A stretch of 32,000 nt of DNA from Candidatus Methylomirabilis oxygeniifera (GCA_000091165.1 FP565575.1:1020001-1052000); one strand, 5' to 3'; shown: positions 17,749 through 27,936, counted from the first letter of the stretch. A program made the numbers and translations. The notes: a model not told the origin generated them from the letters alone.

Positions 17749-17810
17749 TTACCCGCTTTTCTACTGAGTAGAGGGTGATGACACTCCGTACGCTAACATT
17801 AAGGAGCGTG

Positions 17811-19184
17811 ATGAAAAGAAGCCGGTGCGCGTCGACTGCGATGGCAGTTGCGATGTTCGGCCTGACTCAAGCACTGGCTACGGGTACCGCGGTCGCCGGC
17901 GGTTTTTCTCTGTCTGTAGAAAGCGGTGCGGCGGCGGTTGGTAACGCCCAGGCCGGAAGCGCGGCGCTCGGTGAGGACGCATCCACGGTCTTTTTCAATC
18001 CGGCCGGCCTCACCCGTCTCAAGGGCAGCCAGCTTTCAATGGTGGCGTCTGCCGTCGGACCATCGGCTCACTTTTCTAATTCGCGTTCTCATCCCTCCAC
18101 GTCCGCCATTTCCTCTATTCCGCTGACAGGCGGCGACGGCGGCGACGCCGGAAGTTGGGCGATGGTGCCGGCCGGTTATTACGCGACGGATGTCACGTCG
18201 CGTCTCAAGTTCGGGGTTGGGTTCAACGCCCCGTTCGGCCTGAAAACCGAGTATAACGACGACTGGGTCGGGCGCTACCATGCGATCAAATCCGAGCTGA
18301 TGACGATCCGAATGACGCCGGCGTTGGCGCTGAAGGTGGACGATCGGCTCTCGCTGGGCGTCGGGTTTATTGCCGAGTGGGCCAGGGCGGAGCTGACGAA
18401 GGCGATCGATTTCGGCGCAGCGTGCTTCGGCTCGGCATTCGGGCCAGCGGCCTGTACTGCAGCGGGGATCTCGCCTCAGACGAAAGACGGGAGGGCGAAA
18501 CTCGAAGGCGAGGACTGGGGGTTCGGCTATAGCCTGGGTGTGCTGTATCAAGTGATGCCGTCGACGCGCCTGGGGCTGAACTATCGCTCTAAGATCACGC
18601 ACGTCATCAGCGGTACCGCAACCTATTACAACAAACCGGATTTGCCGGGTCCGTTTGCCGCGCTGACCTCTACACCGGCGACGACCAACAACGCCGCCAA
18701 GGCGAGCGTGACGCTTCCGGAAACATTGTCGATCAGCTCGGTCACTCAGATCAGTCCGAAGTGGTCGCTGTTGAGCGATATTATGTGGACCAACTGGAGC
18801 CGCTTTGACGAGCTGCGGGTACGTTTCAGCAACGGTGCGCCGGACAGCGTCACGAAAGAGAATTGGCGGGACACCGTTCGGCTCGCATTGGCCGCCAATT
18901 ATCAGGCGACCGATGCCTGGAAGCTGCGAGTCGGCTGGGCCTACGACCCAACCCCCGTGAAGGATAAGTTCCGCACCCCGCGCATTCCCGATGAGGATCG
19001 CGTGTGGCTCTCGTTTGGGACGAACGTGAAAATATCCGCAGCAGGCTCCCTGGACTTCGCCTACGCTCACTTGTTCGTGAAGGATGCGTCGATCAAAGAC
19101 ACAGTGAGCGGGGCGGGAACCTTGCGGGGCAGCTACAATAATGATGTCAACGTGATTACGGCTCAGTTGAACTACAGATTTTAA
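17811..19184 (+). CDS. OmpP1/FadL/TodX-family outer membrane transport protein
   Basis: Signal peptide, then GGFSLSVESGAAAVGNAQAGSAALGEDASTVFFNPAGLTRLKGSQL, GFNAPFGLKTEYNDDWVGRYHAIKSEL, beta-barrel C-terminus ending in aromatic F (NVITAQLNYRF). Confidence 0.9.
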   Translation: MKRSRCASTAMAVAMFGLTQALATGTAVAGGFSLSVESGAAAVGNAQAGSAALGEDASTVFFNPAGLTRLKGSQLSMVASAVGPSAHFSNSRSHPSTSAISSIPLTGGDGGDAGSWAMVPAGYYATDVTSRLKFGVGFNAPFGLKTEYNDDWVGRYHAIKSELMTIRMTPALALKVDDRLSLGVGFIAEWARAELTKAIDFGAACFGSAFGPAACTAAGISPQTKDGRAKLEGEDWGFGYSLGVLYQVMPSTRLGLNYRSKITHVISGTATYYNKPDLPGPFAALTSTPATTNNAAKASVTLPETLSISSVTQISPKWSLLSDIMWTNWSRFDELRVRFSNGAPDSVTKENWRDTVRLALAANYQATDAWKLRVGWAYDPTPVKDKFRTPRIPDEDRVWLSFGTNVKISAAGSLDFAYAHLFVKDASIKDTVSGAGTLRGSYNNDVNVITAQLNYRF

Positions 19185-19648
19185 TGGATCTGCTCCGCCA
19201 GGTAGTTCTCATACCCCAGCTCGCTGATCTTATGGAGTTGCGTCTCAATCCAACCGGCATGATGTTCTTCATCGACAGTGATACGCGCCAGCAGTTCCCG
19301 GCTCCCGGTATCTTGAAGCTCGCTACATAACGTTATGCCGGGATTGAGAATCTGGAGCGCCGCCTTTTCCAATGCGAGGTCGTTCTCCAACTGCTCCCGG
19401 ACGTTGCTGCCGATAGAAATCCGATCATAGCTTGATAGATTGGGCCGCCCGCCAAGAAACAGGATACGTTCGATGATTTTATCGGCATGTTTCATCTCTT
19501 CGATCGACTCTTCGAGGAGTACCTTGGCCAAGGGTTGATAACCCCAACCGTCACACATTTTGGAGTGCAGAAAATACTGATTGATCCCTGTCAGTTCCAT
19601 TCGGAGCACGCTATTCAACAGCTCGATGATCTGCTGGTGTCCCTGCAT
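19181..19648 (-). CDS. bfr: Bacterioferritin
   Basis: LLNSVLRMELTGINQYFLHSKMC..., ESIEEMKHADKIIERILFLGGRPN (heme-Met and ferroxidase E/H), ARITVDEEHHAGWIETQLHKISELGYENYLAEQ. Confidence 0.94.
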   Translation of the reverse strand: MQGHQQIIELLNSVLRMELTGINQYFLHSKMCDGWGYQPLAKVLLEESIEEMKHADKIIERILFLGGRPNLSSYDRISIGSNVREQLENDLALEKAALQILNPGITLCSELQDTGSRELLARITVDEEHHAGWIETQLHKISELGYENYLAEQIH

Positions 19649-19714
19649 GTCATCTCCTCGTCGGCTTGGTCAGCACGTGATAGTGTCCGCATGATAGGTT
19701 GGGTGTGAGGCGGC

Positions 19715-21487
19715 TCAGATACTCTTCAAGAAGTCTCGCGCTTCCTCGTAGACAGGATCGATCTCCAGAGCTCTTCGCGCGCAATGAACCGCTCCGCTGC
19801 TGTCGCCCAATCCTCTCAGACAGACGGCCTTATGAAGCCACGCCTCCTTATAATTGCTATCGTAGCGGAGCGCCTCATTGAGGCAGTTAATGGCAGCGGA
19901 GTACCGTTTCTGGCTGGAGAGGCAGGTACCCTTACAGTGCCATGCCTCCAGGAGTTTGCTCGGATCCTTCAAATCCTTAATGGCGCGCTCGAACAGCTCG
20001 ATGGCGTAGTCGAACTCCTGTATGTGCATCAAGGCCTTTGCGTTGCTCAACAGGGCGTCGCTGTTGATTGAGTGTGAAGGGCCGAGCCCCCTCTGAACAG
20101 CGGTTCCGGTGGCAGACGGTACGGCGAGTGTCAGATACGATTCACCTTTCATAGAGAAAAATTGTTCGTCAGCGCTTGCAGCCTTGGCCGTAATCCGATA
20201 CAGGTGACCTCGTATCCCTTTATGGCGGAGCATCTCATCGAATCGGCTGTCCTGTACGTCGCTTGTGTATCGGATAAGCAGGTTGGAGTAGAGCTTGCTG
20301 AGGTGTTGATTGCGGAGTCGCTCCTTGTCGAGACCGGGCGTGGGGCTCTGTTCCAGCTCCTCCGAGGCAGAGATAAACTCATCGGTTGGTGCAAATAGGG
20401 CGTACGAAAGGGCTGCGGGAGAGACCGCCAGGAACCGTGGAATCCATGAGCGCTCCTCCTCGGACAGCTTCAGGTGAAAGCGTCCCTCCACATAGGGGCG
20501 TAAACCGGCAACCAGCGCTTGGACTGCAAAGTTGGAGCGAAGGAACTTGAACCGGTGAGCGCCGTCGAGAAACTGGCGAGCAAGGCTGAGGAAGACATGA
20601 AATTCCGGCTTGATGGAGTAGCGATTACGCCGCCACCGCGGATGACCCGCCGGCTCTGCGATCAGGAACCCTTCATCGAAAAGCTCCTGCATGACATCTC
20701 GAAGTTCATCCAAGGGCTCCTTCGTCTCCCGCGATAGAAACTCAATATCTTTCTGACCGGACTCTGCCAAGGTGAGGAGGATCTTTTCCATGGCCTGCAA
20801 GTTCAACAGGCGCTTACCCTTTAAGGAGCTATCCAGCCGCTTAAGGGACAAGGCAACACGAGGCGAGACCGGCGATCCATAGGCGTCGAGAATCGCATAG
20901 GCCGCTCCCCTTTTGGTCTCGATGCGGAATATCCAGTAGAACCGTCCCGACGTTACGACCAGGTTTCCCGAATCATGCCGCGCCATGATCCGATTCTCGA
21001 TCGCGTGGGCGATTTGATCGGGCGACGCGATCAGCTTTGCGCGCCGAAGCAGGGCACATATCTTGTCAACTCCAAACAGGTGATAGTCGCCCCTGGCTGG
21101 AGCATCTAAGCGCAAAAACCAGTTTCGGGCGGTTGGATGGAAACCGCTTACAGAGAAGAAGATGCCGGCAAGATCCTTATCGCGACGACGCGCCTGCACG
21201 TAACGCCTATAGACTCCCTGTAGTTCCCGTGGGCGAATCTCATGAGCGATGGTGCACCCATAGCAATGCAGGCGTTGAGCCGTGGAACGATGCCGAGCGT
21301 TCAGGGCAGTGGCGAGACGAGTCGAGGAAAGCGTAGGGTGAAAATCGGTGTAGCCGAGTTCGTCGATGAGGTCTTCTATGAGTTGCGCCAGGACGAGCGT
21401 CTTCTCTTTATTCGATCCAGCCAGGATCTTCATGCCGATAGCCTCAGTCGCCGACTTCGCTATGGTCCTTGGCTGTTTTGACGCCAC
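19715..21487 (-). CDS. Uncharacterised protein: Mrr/restriction-endonuclease-like N-terminal domain (apparently degenerate), central winged-helix-like region, C-terminal TPR repeats
   Basis: RPRELQGVYRRYVQARRRDKDLAGIFFSVSGFHPTARNWF resembles the C-terminal half of the Mrr-like PD-(D/E)xK fold. KILLTLAESGQKDIEFLSRETKEPLDELRDVMQELFDEGFLI looks like wHTH. EAWHCKGTCLSSQKRYSAAINCLNEALRYDSNYKEAWLHKAVCLRGLGDSSGAVHCARRALEIDP is TPR. GTG 21487 has GGGGAGG about 10 nt upstream; the TTG start of the ORF at 21496 is also possible. Confidence 0.6.
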   Translation of the reverse strand: MASKQPRTIAKSATEAIGMKILAGSNKEKTLVLAQLIEDLIDELGYTDFHPTLSSTRLATALNARHRSTAQRLHCYGCTIAHEIRPRELQGVYRRYVQARRRDKDLAGIFFSVSGFHPTARNWFLRLDAPARGDYHLFGVDKICALLRRAKLIASPDQIAHAIENRIMARHDSGNLVVTSGRFYWIFRIETKRGAAYAILDAYGSPVSPRVALSLKRLDSSLKGKRLLNLQAMEKILLTLAESGQKDIEFLSRETKEPLDELRDVMQELFDEGFLIAEPAGHPRWRRNRYSIKPEFHVFLSLARQFLDGAHRFKFLRSNFAVQALVAGLRPYVEGRFHLKLSEEERSWIPRFLAVSPAALSYALFAPTDEFISASEELEQSPTPGLDKERLRNQHLSKLYSNLLIRYTSDVQDSRFDEMLRHKGIRGHLYRITAKAASADEQFFSMKGESYLTLAVPSATGTAVQRGLGPSHSINSDALLSNAKALMHIQEFDYAIELFERAIKDLKDPSKLLEAWHCKGTCLSSQKRYSAAINCLNEALRYDSNYKEAWLHKAVCLRGLGDSSGAVHCARRALEIDPVYEEARDFLKSI

Positions 21488-21616
21488 CCTTGACAATCCT
21501 CCCCATAGAACGGATTTTCAACGTGCAAGCTTTTGTTATTTTTTTAGCATAAGGGGCCTCAAAGGTCAAGCCGGAAGTCGTTTTCTTGGTAAATACTAGC
21601 TTAGAATCGTCTTAGA

Positions 21617-21646
21617 TTGACAATTTCGGAGAGATCATGGTATGAG
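21617..21646 (+). promoter_or_regulatory. Weak candidate sigma70-like promoter upstream of moaDE
   Basis: Perfect TTGACA (21617-21622), 18-bp spacer, TATGAG (21641-21646). About 85 nt before the moaD ATG. Confidence 0.3.
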
Positions 21647-21729
21647 TAAAGTAGCGTAGAAAGAAGAATAATGACTAGAATCTACATGATATATAGCCTG
21701 TAACTTAATAGAACATATGTGATAATACG

Positions 21730-21984
21730 ATGAATATCCGAGTGCGATGTTTTGCGGCGGTTCGTGAGATTGTCGGGGTTGGTGAGCTGGTTGTTGAGTT
21801 GCCGGAGGGCAGTACGCTAGATCAGCTCATACACCAGCTTCAGTCTCAGTTCCCCAAGTTGCAGGCGCTGACCGGATCACTCCTGTTTTCGGTGAATCGG
21901 GAGTATGCGTCTGCCGATACAAGGTTGGCAGCGGGTGATGAAGTTGCACTCATCCCCCCTGTGAGTGGAGGAACCGATGTTTGA
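21730..21984 (+). CDS. moaD: MoaD/ThiS-family molybdopterin synthase small subunit, with tail after Gly-Gly
   Basis: MNIRVRCFAAVREIVGVGELVVELPEGSTLDQLIHQLQSQFP...LAAGDEVALIPPVSGGTDV. Directly followed by moaE. Confidence 0.9.
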   Translation: MNIRVRCFAAVREIVGVGELVVELPEGSTLDQLIHQLQSQFPKLQALTGSLLFSVNREYASADTRLAAGDEVALIPPVSGGTDV

Positions 21985-22399
21985 AATTACTGATCAGCCG
22001 CTCTCGCTCGAGCCGCTTGTGACGACTGTAAAACGGTCGAGCTCTGGAGCCATCGCAACCTTCCTGGGTGTGGTGCGTGAGCAGACGCAGGGCCGACAGG
22101 TCCGCTACTTAGAGTACGAAGCCTACCGGGAGATGGCGATTCCGAAGATGCGCGAGATTGCCGATGAGATTCGTCGGAAGTGGGAGATAGACGAGGTCGC
22201 GATGGTGCATCGAGTCGGCCGTCTGCAGATCGGAGAGGCAAGTGTAGCGATTGCCGTGTCGGCACCTCACCGTCACGCGGCGCTCACCGCCTGCGCCTAT
22301 GCGATCGACCGTCTCAAAGAGGTTGTGCCGATCTGGAAAAAGGAGGTCTGGACGGATGGTGAGGAATGGGCCGGTCCAGGCATCTGCGACCACCACTGA
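21977..22399 (+). CDS. moaE: Molybdopterin synthase catalytic (large) subunit
   Basis: GAIATFLGVVREQTQGRQVRYLEYEAYREMAIPKM...VAMVHRVGRLQIGEASVAIAVSAPHRHAALTACAYAIDRLKEVVPIWKKEVWTDGEEW. Confidence 0.95.
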   Translation: MFEITDQPLSLEPLVTTVKRSSSGAIATFLGVVREQTQGRQVRYLEYEAYREMAIPKMREIADEIRRKWEIDEVAMVHRVGRLQIGEASVAIAVSAPHRHAALTACAYAIDRLKEVVPIWKKEVWTDGEEWAGPGICDHH

Positions 22400-22407
22400 T
22401 TGTCCAC

Positions 22408-24198
22408 TCAGGCCTGATAGCCCTCAGCGTCGATGATGCGTCTGGCGATGGCCCTCCGAAGGTGGGTGGTGTTGACAGGTGTGTAACGGGTCAACTTCCT
22501 CAGGGCGCTAAGCTGAGTCCAGAGGGTATCTCCCTCCTCCATCGCGGCCAGGCCCTCCTTGGCCAGCAGTTCGATCCTGGCGAAGGCGTCATTGATGTAA
22601 ACCTTGGCTATATCGGATTGTGATTCCGCTGCGCCTTTCCCATCCCGCTCGACCGACTTCAGAGCCCGGAGCAGCGCGCTCTCCATAGCAAATAACTCGA
22701 TCGTTAGATCACTCAGTATCCCCAGAATCTCCTGCTCATCCTGAAGATGCTCACGAAACTTCTGAACTGCCGATCCGGCGACCATCAGCGCGATCTTCTT
22801 TGCTGATTCGAGTAGCCGAATCTGCTCGTGAAGCGGATCGCCATACCCCTCTTCCTGGCTGCTGCTATAGCTGAGCAGGTCGGTCACCAACTTCTGGGCC
22901 GCCGTAAAGAGCGGCAGGCGCCCCTGCAACGCTCTCCGGAAGAGCGTCGTCGGGATCAACAACCGGTTGATCTCGTTGGTCCCCTCGAAGAGTCGGTTGA
23001 TTCTCGCGTCCCGATAGATCCGTTCGGCCGGAAAGTCTGCGATGTACCCGTAGCCACCGAAGATCTGGACGGTTTCGTCAGCCACGTAGTCTAAGGCCTC
23101 AGAGGCGTAGACCTTGTTGATGGAGCACTCAACGGCGTACTCTTCAACCCCCTTGGCGGTATCGAGTCCGGCCCGTTCGCTCTCCTGGTCGATGCCTGAT
23201 AGGTTCCGTTCGATCAGGCCGGCAGTGCGATAGATCATCGATTCGGCGACATAGGTCCGAATTGTCATCTCCGCGAGCTTTTTCTGAATAAGGCCGAAAG
23301 AGGCGATCGGTTGCCCGAATTGTGTGCGCTGCTTCGCATACCGGACGGCTTCGCGCAGGGCCAGCTTGCACAGACCCAGACAGCCCGCTCCGAGCTTGAG
23401 CCGGCCGATGTTCAACAGGTCGAAGGCGACCTTGTGGCCTCTGCCGATCTCGTAGAGGAGGTTATCCGCCGGGACCCTTGCATTCTCGAGGATGACGCTC
23501 CTGGTGGAGGTCCCCTTGATGCCCATCTTTTTCTCTTCCGGTCCCAAGGCGACACCCGGCGTATCCTTGTCGATGATAAAGGCGGTAAACTTATCGCCGT
23601 TTACCTTGGCGTAGGTAATGTACAGATCGGCAAAGGCGGCGTTCGTGATGAACTGTTTTGTGCCATTTAAGATATATGCGGTCCCATCAGGCGACAGAAC
23701 CGCCCTGGTTTTGGCGCTGAGGGCATCAGAGCCCGAGCCCGGCTCTGTAAGGGCGTAGGAACCGACCTTTGCCCCGGTAGCAAGCAAGGGGAGATAGCGG
23801 GCCTTCTGCTCGGCATTGCCGAACCACGCGATTGGGAGCGACCCTATCCCCGAGTGATCCAACAGCGAGATGGCAAAAGAGCCGCCCTCACTCATTTGCT
23901 CGGCGATGACCGTGGAGGTAATCAGATCCAGCCCCAGGCCGCCGTACGTGGTCGGGATGTCTACCGACAACAGCCCCAACTCTCCCGCTTTCCTCATGAG
24001 CGTCAGCGTGACGTCCCAGTCCTGGTGCTCGATCCGCTCAGCCTGAGGTGTGATCTCGGCCTCGATGAATTCCTGAGTCAGCTTTCGCATCATCTGTTGT
24101 TCCTCGCTCAGATCTTCAGGCGTAAAGATCTCATGAGCCGGTGTGTCCCGGATGAGAAAGCTGCCGCCCGCCACAAATTCATCCTTTGCCGTCGTCAT
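22408..24198 (-). CDS. Acyl-CoA dehydrogenase (fused C-terminal extension)
   Basis: [91 protein letters not shown]. Confidence 0.94.
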   Translation of the reverse strand: MTTAKDEFVAGGSFLIRDTPAHEIFTPEDLSEEQQMMRKLTQEFIEAEITPQAERIEHQDWDVTLTLMRKAGELGLLSVDIPTTYGGLGLDLITSTVIAEQMSEGGSFAISLLDHSGIGSLPIAWFGNAEQKARYLPLLATGAKVGSYALTEPGSGSDALSAKTRAVLSPDGTAYILNGTKQFITNAAFADLYITYAKVNGDKFTAFIIDKDTPGVALGPEEKKMGIKGTSTRSVILENARVPADNLLYEIGRGHKVAFDLLNIGRLKLGAGCLGLCKLALREAVRYAKQRTQFGQPIASFGLIQKKLAEMTIRTYVAESMIYRTAGLIERNLSGIDQESERAGLDTAKGVEEYAVECSINKVYASEALDYVADETVQIFGGYGYIADFPAERIYRDARINRLFEGTNEINRLLIPTTLFRRALQGRLPLFTAAQKLVTDLLSYSSSQEEGYGDPLHEQIRLLESAKKIALMVAGSAVQKFREHLQDEQEILGILSDLTIELFAMESALLRALKSVERDGKGAAESQSDIAKVYINDAFARIELLAKEGLAAMEEGDTLWTQLSALRKLTRYTPVNTTHLRRAIARRIIDAEGYQA

Positions 24199-25385
24199 CT
24201 GGTTACCCTCTCAAAGATACCCGCAGCGCCCATCCCTCCGCCGATGCACATCGTGACCATCCCGTAGCGGGCTTGTCGTCGCTGCATCTCATGCAGCAGT
24301 GTCGCCGTCAGTTTCGCGCCGCTGCAGCCGAGGGGATGACCCAGGGCGATCGCGCCGCCGTTGACGTTCACTCGCTCAAGGGGCAGTCCCAGCTTGCGAA
24401 TGACGGCAAGCGCCTGGGCGGCAAACGCCTCGTTCAACTCGATCAGGTCGATTTGGTCAATGGTAAGGCCCGCGAGCTTGAGCGCCTTCGGAATCGCCTC
24501 GACCGGTCCGATCCCCATCAGATCCGGCGGGACGCCTGCGACGGCGAACGCCCTGAAGATTGCAAGCGGCTTCAGCCCCAACTGTTGTGCCTTTTCTCGT
24601 GATATCACCAGCACCGCAGCCGCACCGTCACTGGTCTGGGAGGAATTGCCGGCGGTGACGGTGCCGTTTTTATGAAAGACGGAAGGAAGCTTGGCCAGCG
24701 CCTCGGCTGAGGTGTCGAATCGAACCCCCTCGTCGCAATCAAAAATTACCTCATCGGTCGCGACGCTCGGCGTACCCTCGCTCCGGAACGTCTTCTTCGT
24801 GACGGTGAGCGGAACGATCTCATCCTTGAATCGTCCTGTTCGAATAGCGGCTGCCGCCTTGAGGTGGCTCTCGAGCGCGAATCTGTCCTGATCTTCCCGG
24901 CTCACCTTGTACGCTTGAACGAGATTTTCGGCGCTGTTGCCCATCGAGATATAGACGGCCGGGTATTGCTCAGCAAGGTACGGATCGGGCGCGTAGGTAT
25001 TTCCGCTCATTGGGACCAGGCTCATGCTTTCGGCCCCACCAGCGATAATCACGTCTGCAAAACCGGCCATGATCCGCTCGGCGGCTATGGCAATGGTCTG
25101 TAGCCCGGACGAGCAGAAGCGGTTAACCGTCTGGCCCGGGACGGTATACGGCAGCCCCGCCCGCAGCGCCGCGACCCTCGCCATATTCATCCCCTGTTCC
25201 GCTTCCGGAAAGGCGCAGCCAATGATCACGTCCTCGATCTCTTCAGGCGCCAGGGCGGGCGTCCGCTTCAGGAGGTCGCCGATTACAGTCGCCGCCATCG
25301 TTACAGGAGGTGTGGCACAGAGGGTACCGCGCGGCGCCTTGCCCACCGCCGTTCTCGCCGCCGCCACAATCACCGCCTCTTTCAT
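24195..25385 (-). CDS. fadA: Acetyl-CoA acyltransferase (thiolase)
   Basis: [87 protein letters not shown]. Stop overlaps the start of the acyl-CoA dehydrogenase (ATGA). Confidence 0.95.
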   Translation of the reverse strand: MKEAVIVAAARTAVGKAPRGTLCATPPVTMAATVIGDLLKRTPALAPEEIEDVIIGCAFPEAEQGMNMARVAALRAGLPYTVPGQTVNRFCSSGLQTIAIAAERIMAGFADVIIAGGAESMSLVPMSGNTYAPDPYLAEQYPAVYISMGNSAENLVQAYKVSREDQDRFALESHLKAAAAIRTGRFKDEIVPLTVTKKTFRSEGTPSVATDEVIFDCDEGVRFDTSAEALAKLPSVFHKNGTVTAGNSSQTSDGAAAVLVISREKAQQLGLKPLAIFRAFAVAGVPPDLMGIGPVEAIPKALKLAGLTIDQIDLIELNEAFAAQALAVIRKLGLPLERVNVNGGAIALGHPLGCSGAKLTATLLHEMQRRQARYGMVTMCIGGGMGAAGIFERVTR

Positions 25386-25401
25386 GCCCTCGCTCTCCGC
25401 C

Positions 25402-25494
25402 CGTCATTGCGAGGAGCATAGCGACGAAGCAATCTCTGACCATCGTCCATTTGGATGTAGATTGCTTCGGTCACGTCGTTCCCTCGCAATGACG
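25402..25494. repeat. CGTCATTGCGAGG...CCTCGCAATGACG palindromic element inside the fad operon
   Basis: cgtcattgcgaggagcatagcgacgaagcaatctc ... gtagattgcttcggtcacgtcgttccctcgcaatgacg. The halves are near reverse complements. Confidence 0.85.
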
Positions 25495-25507
25495 TAATTG
25501 CATCACG

Positions 25508-27915
25508 TCAGTTTCTCAGCGGCTTGCCGGTCTTCAGCATATGCTGCATCCGTTCCTGGGACTTACGCTCGCCGCACAGACTCAGGAAGGCCTCTCGCTC
25601 CAGATCCAGAAGGTACGCCTCGCTGACCAGGGTCCCAGGCACTACATCGCCGCCTGCCAGGACGCCGACAAGCTTTTTGGCGATCAGTTCGTCGTGGCCG
25701 CTGATATACCCCCCGCACTTCATATTATACAACTGCGTAGAGGCCGCGGCTATGGCACGCGTCCCCAGAACCCTGATGTCATCTTTTGGCTGAGGGGGGT
25801 ATATCCTTCAGCAACTAATCCAAGCGCCACCTGCTTTGCGTCGTGCAACAGGTGATCCTGGTTCATCGTGAAACCGTCTGTTCGCCTCAGATAGCCCAGC
25901 CGCTGCGCGTCTCTTGCGCTGGTAGAGACCTTGGCGAAGGCGATCGTCTCAAAGGCGTGGCGGACAAACGGCAGCAGATCGACCTCAGCCCCATCCGGGA
26001 TCCCTTCCAGACTCCGGAGCAACATCTCCTTACAGCCGCCGGCCGCAGGGATGATGCCGACGCCTGCTTCCACAAGTCCGATGTAGGTTTCAGCGGCAGC
26101 GCGGACTCTGGCGGTGTGCAGGCAGATCTCGCACCCGCCGCCGAGGGTCATAGAGAATGGGGCTGCGACCACCGGCTTCTCGAAATACTTGAGCGCCATG
26201 TTGGCGCCCTGGAAGGCTCGTATCATCAGTTCGATGTCGTCCCAGTTCTCCTCCTGGGCCTCGAAGAGAATGGCCATCAGGTTCGCGCCGACGCAAAAGT
26301 GTCTTCCCTGATTTCCGATCACGAGGGCGTCAAATCGCTCGGCGCACTGCTGTAAACTTGTTCGCATCATCTGGAGGATATCAGGACCGACAGTGTTGTT
26401 CTTGGAATGAAACTGCAGACACGCGACCCCATCCCCCAAGTCGAGGAGCGACGCACCGGGATTGCGGGTCACCACCTGTTGCCGCTCGTGCAATATTCGG
26501 AGATGAATGATTCCAGACCGCTCCGGGATCTCAACCTGTGTGGCCGCTCCGCGGTCAAAGGCGTACTGCCGTCCCGCCTCCCGACGGTAGAAGCTGTGCG
26601 CGCCGCTCTGAAACAGCGCAGTCACCAGCGGGGGGATGGTCTTGCCCTCTTGCGCCATCCTGGCGCTCGCCTTCTCGACCCCCAGCGCGTCCCACAGCTC
26701 GAACGGCCCCAGTTCCCATCCGAGGCCCCACTTCATGGCCTGGTCTACACTGACGATGTCATCGGCGATCTCAGGAATACGATCTGCAGCGTAGAGTAGT
26801 GTTTCGCATAGGAGCTGCCATACGTAGCGGCCGGCACGATCATCGGCATAGGCAACCGCTCGAAGTCGCTCGCCTGGATCTTCAATCCCTTGGGTCATGT
26901 TGAGTGAAGGGAAGGCTATTGGTCGCTGCTGCCCATACTCCATCGTGCGATAGTCGAGGACCAGGATTTCGCTTCCGTTGGCCCCCTTGATACGTTTATA
27001 GAACCCTTGCCCGGCCTTCTCGCCTAACCAGCCGCGTTTCACCAGTTCCGGAAGAAACGGCGGAAGAGTATAGGCCGCCCGTTCCGGGGCGTCCGGGAGA
27101 GCGTCGGCCATATAGGCGGCAATATGCGCCACCGTATCAAGGCCAACGAGGTCGGCTGTCCGAAACGTGGCGGTCTTGGGACGCCCGATCGCGCTTCCGG
27201 TCAGTCGGTCCACCTCCTCGATTGAATAGTCACCCTCAATCATCAGTCGCATGGCGGTGAAGAGGCCGAAGGCGGCAATCCGGTTCGCGATAAAGTTGGG
27301 AGTATCCTTGGCGAAGACGATCCCCTTACCCAGCGTCCGTTCCGCAAAGGTCGGCATCCGCTGCATCACCTCCGGGAGTGTGTCGGGGCCGGGGATCAGT
27401 TCGAGGAGTTTCATATACCGCGGAGGATTAAAGAAGTGCGTGCCGAGAAAGTGCCGACGGAAGTCGTCAGACCGTCCCTCAGCCAACAGCCGGATCGGGA
27501 TCCCCGAGGTGTTGCTGCTGATGAGGGTTCCCGGTCTACGGTGGGCTTCAACCTTGGCAAAGAGCGCCTGCTTGATCTCGAGCCGTTCGGGGGCCGCCTC
27601 GATGATCCAGTCGACCTCAGAGAGCCGCCCGAGATGATCGTCGATATTCCCGACAGTAATCAGGCGGGCGTCTTTGGCCGAGAAGAAAGCGGGCGGAGAG
27701 GCCTTGAGAGCGGTGTCGAGACCTTTGGCCGCGACACGATTGCGGAACGCAGAGCTTTCCCTGCTGAGTCCTTTGCGCCGATCTTCCTCGCTCAGCTCCG
27801 GCGGGACGATATCGAGGAGGTGGGTGGGGACCCCGACATTGGCGAGGTGGGCGGCGATGCCGCTCCCCATCACGCCCGCCCCCAGAACCGCTACCCGCTT
27901 GATACGAAAGGCCAT
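25508..27915 (-). pseudogene. fadB: 3-hydroxyacyl-CoA dehydrogenase / enoyl-CoA hydratase (FadB/FadN type), disrupted by a frameshift near 25793-25798
   Basis: Main ORF (735 aa from 27957; likely start 27915, MAFRIKRVAVLGAGVMGSGIAAHLANVG) ends prematurely at 25750. The missing C-terminus YNMKCGGYISGHDELIAKKL...EAYLLDLEREAFLSLCGERKSQERMQHMLKTGKPLRN is in another frame at 25508-25732. May be an assembly error rather than a true pseudogene. Confidence 0.88.
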
Positions 27916-27936
27916 CGTTTCCTCGATTCCCCCCAT

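Noticed and set aside
18036-19070. 344-aa minus-strand ORF
   Set aside because: Antisense to the FadL-family gene. His/Arg/Gly-rich composition typical of shadow ORFs.
21500-21729. AT-rich spacer before moaD considered as a molybdenum-cofactor riboswitch
   Set aside because: I could not find the conserved paired elements by eye, and there is only a weak promoter candidate. A covariance-model search would be decisive but cannot be run here.
22109-22396. 95-aa minus-strand ORF
   Set aside because: Fully antisense to moaE; no signature.
25243-25497. Short ORFs around the fadA start (25243..25443 and 25310..25492)
   Set aside because: They translate the GTCATTGCGAG palindrome and the 5' end of fadA; peptides such as [12 protein letters not shown] are repeat-derived.
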